Assembly (NCBI RefSeq): GCF_006345805.1
Contig: NC_042998.1
Coordinates: forward strand, 17,608,001-17,672,000
Direction: 5' to 3'
Origin: Octopus sinensis
Lineage: Eukaryota
Length of the DNA stretch: 64,000 nt
Shown: in pieces, positions 53,059 to 64,000 of the stretch
Layout of the letters: every line of letters begins with the position of its first letter
How positions within the stretch are numbered: the first letter of the stretch is position 1
Position numbers and translations under genes: made by a program
Notes under the pieces: model-generated
Database searches by the model: none
The model's input: the letters and a program-made list of their open reading frames with translations, nothing else
Told to the model about the DNA's origin: nothing

Positions 53059-56000
53059 ATTCATACAAAATCACATACATACATACAGAAATTCCAAAAG
53101 ATTTTGGATATTAGGAAGATATATATAAACAGTAATTGTCGACTTACGCAAATATATTTTATTGTTTCATTTGAAAATGAGACTATATTCAGGCGATTTT
53201 TCCAGTCGTTCCATATTATAAGTTCACATTCTCTTTAGCCAAGCATCTTTCATTCTCAGTGATGAAGAACATATACAAATGTGTGTATGTCATTTCAAAA
53301 GGAACTGAATTTCGTTGTGCATTTTATGCTAAAATTTGATTAGAAAAACTAATCATAATACGCTATTCTGTCGTGTTTGATTCTTGTTGCTTTCACTTTG
53401 TAGCGCTCTCCCTTGCCCGATGAGTTATCTCTTTGATCAGTCGTTACACATGTTGCATCCCATAGCGTATTTCTAATTGCAGTTCACATAACACACCGTG
53501 TAATAATCCGTTGTTATAACTAATCCCCTATATTACACAACGCGTTTTTTTTTCACCATTAGGACAAACTCTTTGAAGCTATTATCCACTGATTTTAATA
53601 ATAAGCTAATTGTACAAATTTCTCTTTTTTATGTTATAAAAAAAATTATTATAATTAAAACGTATGTCTTCTATTACTTGTTTTAAATAATTAATAGATG
53701 AATTAAAAAATAGAATGGAATGTAGAAAAAATATCCTAACATGCTGTAACCAGTAAATGCTATGCATGAATTTTTAAGAGAATATAGATAGGGTCATGGC
53801 TTAATAAAAATCCATTTACGACATCAAACGACCATAATTTCATGTCAACATTTTATATTTCAAACCCCGTCACCGAAGCTGAAATTGTTGTAAACGTCCT
53901 CACGCATCCGAACAATTAAAATATCGACTGAAATTCAAATTCGATATGTGAATATGCCATTTGAGTAAACGGTGTATGCTACAAAGAATGTTTGCCGTTA
54001 GTTGGAGTCTAATATATACTAGTTTGTTACCTACCGCTGAAACCAATATTGGTTAACTTGTTTTATAGAAATTTGAGTTTATTGAGTAAGTCAATATCAT
54101 ATATTGATTCATAATAAACTAAAGGCAATATGAACTGAAAAATTACCAATTTATAGCGGCTAGAAAATGTTACCACAGCAAATATATAGATTTCACATTT
54201 TTCAAGGGGATCCAAGCTGCAAATCTATAATTACATAAGGCTACATAAGTAAATGTCAGTTGCTGAAGCTGTTGGTTCTTTGAAAGATACATAATCATCA
54301 TACAATATAATATGTACCAATATGTTTAACTGGAACGGTGAATTTTGATAATCGGGGGTGGGGGGGTATTATTATTTTTTTTTTGAGAGGGAAGTGACAG
54401 GATTACAATAGCGAGAGCTAAAGAGATCGAGTTCAGAGAGAAAATGAATGGATAAAAAAGGAAAAATGAAACATAAAAAATTATGATATAGAGATACGTA
54501 AAAGGAGAGTTAATCATAAGTGAAATGCGCGTGAATGAATGAGTGACACTAAGAGACCAATAAACAGTGTGATCATTGTGTTTAAGAGACGAAAATTAAA
54601 ATAAAAGTAAATAATGGGCAAGAAAAGATAATCATCAAACGATATATGCCATAACATCTTTTCTTTGTAGATTAAAATACCAAGTGTTGAAAGCTGAACC
54701 TTAAAGAGAAAACGTTTAGAAATAAGTAAATGATATATAAAAAACATATTTATATTGTAAAATAAATTCTTGTTATAGAGAAAACTAAATTATTACAAAG
54801 AAGCGGGGAACTCACATAATGATAACATATACAGTTTAGAGATTAAGTGAAATGGCGAAGGTTACTAAGAAATTACAAATGGAGTGAAAAGAAGAATGCA
54901 ATAAAATGGAAGTGGCCTAACAGCCACTGCAATGTGCAGGGAGAAGAAAGATAGAGGGGGTGACAGTGATAAAAGGAAAGAATGTAGGTCAGCAAATTCT
55001 CAGAGTTTGAGTTTAAAAAGGAAGAAAAAAACCATAGAAAATTTAGGCATGGTGGAAAGAGTGGAAGCTAATATGTATCATTTGATTATCTCAGATTATT
55101 GAAGCTTGTGAGAGATGATAGAATTATATATCGCTGCTGGTTATAATTTAAATTCTATATTACAACTCCTCTGAGGAAATATTATTTCATTACTTTACAT
55201 TTTTTAAGTTATTGGTTCATTGTTTAAATATATTCCAATATTGATTTATTATATATTGCAATTTTTTTTATTTCGGGGTGATGTCTTTTAAATTTTCCAA
55301 ACTATATAATCAACTTCTGTGTGTTGCATTCGTGTGTGAGAAAGTGATAAATGGAGAGATAGAAGCAGATAGAGACAAATCGATGAGGCTTTTCTTCCAA
55401 AAGGCTACACATTTTTATTTATAATATTCAAAATCAGAGAAACATTATAATAATTATTTCCTTTTTTTTTTCCAGAATATAAATTCATATTCATTAAAAA
55501 GAAAACATCAATTCACGAACAACATTTGTTTTCCCTTCCTCCAGGAGGCATTTTTGTATACTTGTATTTTATTTAAAGTATATCTCACAAAGATTACTGA
55601 ATACAGTAAATACTGTAAAACCACTATGGGGAATTATTTTGCAAGATAAATAGTTATCATAAATTTGCAGTCGCCTTCTATCATATTATTAATGATTGTT
55701 TACGAAGATTTCTTGTTTTAGAATCCCCATACTAATTTATTATATAGCATTCCCACTTTCTTATAAATCAGCTTGGTATCTTAAGTATCGTTAAACGTCA
55801 TATTGTCTCCATAGAACATAACAGACGACCTATTTCAATTGTATAGTTCCTTGTATATGTAAAAAACACTTTTAGCTATGATAAATGCAATGAACGAAAA
55901 TGTATTTTTACTATTTTCAATAACACTAACACTATTAATATTTTGAAGTCTCAAAATATTCCGTATTGTACCTGTTTTTTTTCTTTTGGGTTTTTTCTTT

Positions 56001-57931
56001 TTTGCATTTAATATGACAATTTTGTTTCTTTTTATGAAGTGCGATGGCTTACCAAGTTTTCTTTTTTACTTCATATCACTTTCATTGTCAAAAAAAATAA
56101 TAACATTATTATTCTATACATCTATGCCTCATTCTGTTTCTTCGGTTTATTGTGTAGAGAAAATTATATTGGCTTCTATGTATTGCATTGTTTGAAACGA
56201 ATAAAACCAGCGACCCGCGTGAAGGGAAAAAAACAGGCCAAAAATTAGAAAACAAAATCTATAATTTGTCGGGGGTTTTCCCCTCGTCATTTATGCAATT
56301 TTCACTCAAGAGATGCATCAATAACAAAATATATTTTGTATAAATAGTTTCTATTATATTAAGAAAATAATAGCATATATGAATGCTTCTGTGAATATGA
56401 TCTTCATGCATTTTATGCATGTACTTTTAAACAGAATCAATTAATTTCTCTTGCATTTTTATTTTGTATTTCTAGAGCATTATATTAGATTTAGCGTGAA
56501 AGTGAGTTACGATTTTATTAAGCTTTCACTGAAACCAAATATATATTGAAGGTTAACCTATTTAATTTTCCTTTCTTCTGTTAAAAAGTATGGTGCGTGA
56601 CGATTTCAATTTGGATTGTTTTTATTGTTACTTAGATCCAGTTGATCTATTATCGAGTAGGACCATGATGAAATTCATTCAAATATGACTATAACATCAT
56701 TTATTAATGCATAATGTATTTGAGACATAGGATGCAGATTGAAACGCAGATTATCCGATAGCAGTATAATCTTATGATGCAAAAATCATGATGTGGTGTT
56801 TATATATGTCCAGTCGGCTATATCGATGAAATTAAAGTAATTTAGAATCGTATATATTGAAGGTATTGTTAGCTTTTCTGTACCAGTGAGAATACAACTC
56901 TGCCTCCACAAGAGAATATAGATACTACACCGATTTGTAGTATTCCTCAATACAAATAATGAACTAATCGCCAATTAATGTACATCCTGTTAAGGAACTT
57001 GAAATCAGTGAAGCCGACTATCAAGATATATTACTACCTTAAGACTACAAACGCATCCATGCTGACATTCCAACCCAGCACAAGCAAGAGTTAATTCGGC
57101 AACACCATATCTGAGTCGCCAATATAATGTTACTCCTCCGCTAACACGCGGCAACACCACTTACTGCAACTAACCGATGTCACTAAATAAGGAATATTGC
57201 AGCTGCCTGACAAAGCGTCATTTCTCTATAAACACCATGACAGACCACATGGGCCTTAGAACAAAGATAAGAAGTGACATCGTTTCCAAGCCAACATCAC
57301 ATGGTCTGGGTTATCCAACAGAGGACTAACATCTGGAAACATTCTTGAATTTGTCTCATTTGCTGTTACTTTATATCCAGATATTTGACGAACTAGATTT
57401 GTACCTGGTTCCTTCAGTTTTCTTGATTATATAATAGCCTTACCGTCAAGAGAACTCCCCTGTCATGTAAAACGCCCAGCACCATCCCATAATAAGGGAA
57501 TAATTTTTAGCATGCAATAGTGTAAGGAAAACATCTTATCTCCCTTCCAACAAAGGCTTATCTATCTAGAATCTTAAGATAACGCGATGGTAGTTACACA
57601 CATATCACAGGAAAATGGAAAATAACTTACAATATCCGTTGAGAACAACTCCTTAATATCAAGAGTATTGCCTAAATAATAAGTATTGTATTAAGCCCAA
57701 CTCATACATACAGAAAATTTCAATACCACTCTTCGAAATACAATTATGTAAAATCTTTCAATCCATTGCACAATCCACTTTACGCTAATTGTCTATATAA
57801 CATTGATAATAACATCAGATACTAGTGAGAGCTCATACTCATATTTCATGAAAGATGGGCGCAATACAACTCCTTGAGTAATTGCTATAGAATCAACTAC
57901 TCGTCTCTTATCCTATACACATGGAAACGAA

Positions 57932-58327
57932 GGCGGCGAGCTGGAGGAATCGTTAGCACGCCGGGCGAAATGCTTACCGGTATTTCAGCAGACGTTTCGT
58001 TCTGAGTTCAAATTCCGCCGAGGTCGACTTTGCCTTTCATCATTTCGGGGTCGATTAAATAAGTACCAGTTACGCACTGGGGTCGATATATTCGATTTAA
58101 TCCGTTCGTCTGTCCTTGTTTGTCCTCTCTGTGTTTAACCCCTTGTGGGTAGTAAAGAAATAGGTATTTTGTCTGTCATTACGTTCTGAGTTCAAGTTCC
58201 GCAGAGATCGACTTTACTTCTCATCCTTTCGGGGTCCATAAATTAAGTAGCAGTTGCCTACTGGGATCGATCTAATCGACTGGCCTCTCCCCCAAAATTT
58301 CGGACCATGTGCCTACAATAGAAAAGA
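57932..58327 (+). mobile_element. Dimeric SINE family B insertion
   Basis: Full unit followed by a second partial unit; ~17-bp imperfect TSD ATACA(CA/TG)TGGAAACGAA at 57915-57931 and 58328-58344. Confidence 0.88.
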
Positions 58328-58558
58328 ATACATGTGGAAACGAAAGAATAGATTTACGGATAACTTTAGTGCTTAAAGGAGGCTGTATCCTAATATTTAA
58401 AAGTTTCAAACCGATGCAAACTTTAATTAATATCAAAGAATATCAACAGATAGTAAATTGTTAAAGCATTTTATCTATGTACCAAGCAACTGTACTACCT
58501 CACTGCGATCTTTTAAGATACTTCTTTTGTTACACACACACATACGCATACACACATA

Positions 58559-58559
<1 letters not shown>

Positions 58560-58609
<50 letters not shown>

Positions 58610-58670
58610 ATCATTATTATTATTATCATCATCATCATCATCATTATTAATATTATTATCATTATCATCA

Positions 58671-58704
<34 letters not shown>

Positions 58705-58825
58705 CATCATCATCATCATAATCATTATTATTATTATTATCATTATTATTATTATTATCATTATTATTATTATCATTATTATCATTATTATTAGTATTAT
58801 TAGTATTATTATTATTATTATTGTT
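58560..58825. repeat. (TA)n plus (ATT/ATC)n microsatellite
   Basis: Directly visible. Confidence 0.95.
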
Positions 58826-59409
58826 TAGTATGATTATTTATCTTTTTCTCTCACTATCTTCTATCGCTCTATCACGATACCTCTCTCTTTATACTTACTT
58901 CTCACTTTATCCCTCAATAGCCAATTTCTACTATTTTATTCTATCATTCTATTGTGAACCATCGATATGAAAGTATTCTTCCTGAACATCTAAAATATGG
59001 GTAATATTACGTTAACGGGATTTATATTGGATTATACTCATGGATTAGCACCTGCACTATAGGAAACTTAAACTGTGAACTTTTATATATTTTTTACTTT
59101 ATTTCTTTTCTCTAGACCTCTTTATTTATTTATTTATTTCTCCAATCCTTTACTCTATCGTTTCTATAATCTATATCTTTTCATTTTCTCACCATCTATT
59201 TCCGCTATTGGGATAATCCAAATGTTTTGGGGATATCAAAGAAACAGCTGTAAGACTTTAAAAATTGTTTGAGAATTTTTAATAACAATAACATATGTGA
59301 CTTGAGATGTCTTCCCTTGCTGTTCAACCGTTTTTAACAAAATTATACATACATACATATATATATTGGTGTGGGGGTGTGCGGGTGTGTATGCATATAT
59401 ATATATATT

Positions 59410-59822
59410 CTTTTTTTCTTTCTTTTACCTGTTTCAGTCATTTTACTGCGGCCATGCTGGAGCACCGCCTTTAGTCGAGTAACTCGACCCCGAGACTTAT
59501 TCTTTTGTAAGCCCAGTACTTATTCTATCGGGCTCTTTTGCCGAACAGCTAGGTAACGGGGACATAAACGCACCAGCATCGATTGTCAAGCAATGCTAGG
59601 GGACAAACACAGACACACAAATACACACTCGCATACATATATATATATATACATATATACGACGGGCTTCTTTCAGTTTCCGTCTACCAAATCCACTCAC
59701 AAGGCTTTGGTCGGCCCGAGGCTACAGTAGAAGACACTTGCCCAAGGTGCCACGCAGTGGGACTGAACCCGCAACCATATGGTTGGTAGACAAGCTACTT
59801 ACTACACAGCCACTCCTGCGCC
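59410..59822 (-). mobile_element. SINE family A copy
   Basis: Colinear with 5736-6135 in reverse. Confidence 0.9.
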
Positions 59823-60405
59823 TATATATATTTTTTTTGAGAAATACGCTAACTCTATATAATAGAGTATTTTGGGTTATAGAGTTTGTATCTCTAAATT
59901 TATCTTCATATTTATTATGGAATTCTCCCTACGATAAATTAAGTAAACAAATTTTGTGTTAGGTTCCTATTCATATTTATTACGAAATTCTCTTTCTGAT
60001 GAACAATAAATATAGAACATTATTAATTACTTTAAACAATCTTTTTTGATATCAATAAATTTAAATAAATAGAAGGGTTACCACATATTATTTTTTTACA
60101 CGTTTTATTACAGTTTCTAGATTAAGTAAGAACCTGATACTTAATTATATATATATATATATTATTGTTGCATGTTATTATAATAGCGAAAGATTGTCTT
60201 AGACATAAACGAATTTGGATTAGTATTATTTGAGATATATAAAAATATATTTCGATAGTCGTAGATTTTACTTAATTACTTTTTCCGTTACAATTTTGTT
60301 GATATTAATTGTAATTGAAAGGCTAATACTCACACTCATTTCAATTAATGTTTCTACAATCCAGTCGTACTTTCATATGGTATTTCGTCTAACTTTAAAC
60401 CATTG

Positions 60406-60478
60406 GCTCTGATGAAACTTATATAAGGAAATTGAATTGTTTATCGAAAAATGTATATAAGTCGAAACAAATTGTTAG
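60406..60478 (+). ncRNA. Hammerhead motif with long stem II
   Basis: GCU-CUGAUGA-A-ACUUAUAUA..UAUAUAAGU-C-GAAA-CAAAUUGU-U-AGC; A.C mismatch at the base of stem II. Confidence 0.5.
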
Positions 60479-60889
60479 CATTTTCGGTTTTTTATAATTG
60501 TTTATGTTATCTTATATTCTATTCTATTCATAGTATATTATGTTATATTATAATATAAATAAACTATTGAATTGTTAATTGTATCTCTCTAATTTATTGT
60601 TTGTAATTTGAATCATACCCATATTTCTGTGGTATTCAACTGGGACACCAATGAACTAGATGTTTTACATACCCTTTTAAAGGAATTACTTTCCTTAGTT
60701 TGTTAACTTATATACATATATATATGTGTGTGTACTTACTTAGAAATGGATGCATCGCATTCAATTAAATATTAAAGAATAAATATGATATATATATAGA
60801 TGCATACATGCATATATGGGTATAAGACGTCACCAACGGCGCAAATAACATGAAATACGTAAACAACGAGAAAAAAGTGTAAAACAGGA

Positions 60890-61565
60890 CAAGAAGTCAC
60901 ACAGAAACGACACTTCATCCGTTGCTGGCTGTCTATCTACTCCTCATTTCGAGCATTCAATGACAATGTGACTCTTCAAAGACAGTTGTTACCATATATT
61001 CAAAAATATAATTTAGGATTTATGGAGAGCCAAATTTGGAGACAAAAACAGGACAGTGGAGACATACTGATTCTCTACTCTATACTCGTTATCTCCTCAA
61101 TCCTTCTCTAATTCCCTTTCTCTCCCCATCCCTCCTTCACCGTTTTCTATCTCTATCTCTCTTTCTCTTCCCCTTTCTCATTTTCTCTCTCTCTCTCTCT
61201 GTTTCTCGTTACTCACACGTAACCATCGTCCATTTTTCTTTTCCTCACGTGACCATCTTTCTTTCAAAGGGACGGACGTATTTTTCTCTCTCAATTCTAT
61301 CTCCTATTTTCAAAAAAAAAAAATTCTTCCAGCATTCACTCTTTTCCTCTCGTTCTGGTCTAACGAACCTCCATGTTTATTTTTTTCTTCGGTTTCTTTG
61401 TATGTCTCCACTGTCATGTTTTTGTTGCCAAATTTGACAGTCCAATAAATCCTAAATTTTATTTTACAATTTATAGGAACAACTGTCTTCGAAGACTCAT
61501 AGTGTCATTGGATGTTCGGAATGAGGAGTATGTAGACAGCCGACAACTGATGAAGGGCCTTTCTC
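60890..61565. mobile_element. Inverted pair of Penelope-like pLTR segments
   Basis: 60905-61040 is the reverse complement (~80% by eye) of 61420-61560, which carries CTGATGAAGG. Confidence 0.6.
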
Positions 61566-61910
61566 CGTGTTTACTTTGTTCTCGTAGAAATATGTTACGA
61601 AAAGAAAATATAAAATACACGTGGAAATGTAAGGGTAAAATATAAAAAATCAAAGAAAATGCATATTGCAAATAGAAAAAGGTTATTTATGATAGGTAAC
61701 GACAAATATATACATTTAGATTGCTTGAGGTGGTAATACGAGTCATAAAGATCATTATTATGAGATGCTTGTAAGATGATAATAAAGTAAGAGAACAAAA
61801 CGAACCAATGGTTTACGCGAAGCTATTCATCGTTAGAACAACACCGGTTAATATTATAAATCATAATGATTATTATTACTATTTGTTTAACTGAAAAGTT
61901 TCATTTGCAA

Positions 61911-61966
<56 letters not shown>

Positions 61967-62764
61967 TTTTATGGAAGAGACGAATGCAACTGCAAATAGA
62001 TGTGGTGTAATAGTGAAATTGTATGCTGTTTAATAGAGTCTATTTAGGGACAGTTTCATTGAGTGGGTGTTAAAGTGTTGGTATGGACAATAACAAGAAA
62101 TAAAAGAAGCCTTAGATGACGATGGGAGAATTACTGTTAGCTTGTTATTGTTTAGTGTCGTTAATTTGTGCACCGCTTTACACTAAACCTCTTCTGAAAG
62201 CTGAGATTAGAGTAAACAACATTCACCTTCTAAAATTTTCATCTTCTCTGACAATGATTTATGAAATAAAATTCGTTTTATAGACACCATGCAGCCTCGA
62301 TTATTCAGTATGCTAAAGCACTGCAGTTCTTTATTCAAACCAAGGGTTCCTCTCTTAGCTATCTTAATATTTTTAGACTCACCAACTCAATTCTTAAATA
62401 CAATGCGATAGAAAATTGTAATAGATATATTTTTTTCAATTTAAGGAATGATAGTAACGATCAATCTGTTAGATGAAATATTCAAATTGTCCAAAAATAC
62501 AACCACGAGAAGGCTTCGACACGATTATACACGAATATGCCTCAGGACGTGTTGAATAAAATAGTGCCTCAAATAAACTGCATTTGTGAATACATCGTTA
62601 AATATAAGCGCAAATATGTAAGGTAAAAATTATTATCAGTATTCAGCCTGAGGCATAAATTCAAATGCTGGGTTCTCACCATTGGAGTCTCAATACTAAG
62701 GGAACGAGTACAGCTCAGAGCTTCTAGAACAATATATGTATATATACATACATGAATGTACTTA

Positions 62765-62805
62765 TAGATAGATAGATAGATAAATAAATAGATAGATAGA
62801 TAGAT

Positions 62806-62867
<62 letters not shown>

Positions 62868-62885
62868 ATAAATAGATAGATAGAT

Positions 62886-62964
<79 letters not shown>

Positions 62965-62965
62965 C
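62765..62965. repeat. (GATA)n microsatellite with no Tx1 insertion
   Basis: Directly visible. Confidence 0.95.
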
Positions 62966-63904
62966 GTAATATGTATATATAAATCTCTATGTATAGACGT
63001 GATTGTAATGGTGCGTTTGTGTGCGTATTCAAGAAGTAATTTTATGCTTTTTATTCTTTCACTCTTTATGCGCACTAAATTGAGTAGGTGGCTGTATATA
63101 TATGGAAGAATGGAAAGAGGTCTACAAAACAAATACGTTGACCGATGTATTAACACACACACACACACGCACACACACGCACACTCACAAGCACATACAT
63201 AAGCATACATCAGTTCATCCCTTCCCTATCGCCATAGATGGAGCTACCCTTTATTCATGTAGTCACATCACTATATATACATATAAATAACTGCACATAA
63301 ATGGCTACATTATTCGTTCGTCTCACGAAGCTTATGCTGTTTCATGGTATGTAAAAGATCTTAAAACACAAAAAGTTTAAAGAAATTATACTTATGTAGC
63401 TGTAAAAGTCTCCATTTGACGTTTACCTTAAATAAGCAGACAACCTCTTTTGATCAAAAAATATAATGCATTCATGAATCTATTCTTTAGATATTTGGAT
63501 CATACATTCAATTTAGGTGAGTTTTTTTTCTGTTGTACTTTCGTGTCTTATATGTATAGAGATACATGTATTAAATATAAAAGAACTGCATATGCACAGA
63601 CTTACATACACACACATATCTTTAGAAAGACAGAAAGTGAGAAAATGTGAGATACAGAGAGAGAAAATTTGACGTATATTAAGAACGTTTAACATATCAG
63701 AAGAATATTTGGTGCATCTAACAACAGTCCTGATGTTATTTCTTTAACATTCTAAAGTCAATACTTGTCTGGCTCTATTTTATGTTCCACCCTTCCGGTG
63801 TTAATAAAATACGGTGTCACTCATTATATGTTGTCTGTCAACATATAGGCATAGCATGTACAATTTCACACATGAGAACATATTACACGGTACGCGATTA
63901 GCTC

Positions 63905-63995
63905 TTGATCTCTTTGAGCTGCATTTTCATCTTCAGGAAGAGATGGAAGTCTGCCAGTGCTAAATCTGACGAATAGGGTGGGTGCGATACCATGT
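63905..63995 (-). pseudogene. Mariner transposase C-terminal fragment
   Basis: HPPYSSDLALADFHLFLKMKMQLK matches the mariner HPPYSPDLAP.DFHLF motif. Confidence 0.85.
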
Positions 63996-64000
63996 CATTT

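Overview
AT-rich, microsatellite-saturated animal genomic DNA. The SINE/LINE/microsatellite landscape looks cephalopod (octopus-like), but that is an inference. No host protein-coding exon could be supported; most ORF-track entries are microsatellite translations or antisense shadows of retroelement ORFs. The dominant feature is a ~15 kb head-to-tail array (36341-51196, all minus strand) of five L1/Tx1-clade non-LTR retrotransposon copies: two ~6.04 kb near-full-length and three 5'-truncated. Every junction lies in (TATC)n/(TCTG)n microsatellite. Copy E3 has an uninterrupted 1145-aa ORF2 (APE endonuclease, RT, C-terminal Cys/His finger) but a multiply broken ORF1. The most striking observation is that ORF2 of both long copies is bracketed by a bipartite inverted repeat: the ORF1-stop/ORF2-AUG region is complementary to the ORF2-stop/3'UTR start 3.4 kb away (17/17 and 15/16 pairs in E3), with compensatory changes between subfamilies. 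The window also holds an R4/Dong-type RLE element array in (AAT)n, a second RLE family bounded by (TACA)n, several families of minimal hammerhead-ribozyme motifs in Penelope-like repeats, three tRNA-derived SINE families, two mariner fragments and a fold-back microsatellite palindrome.
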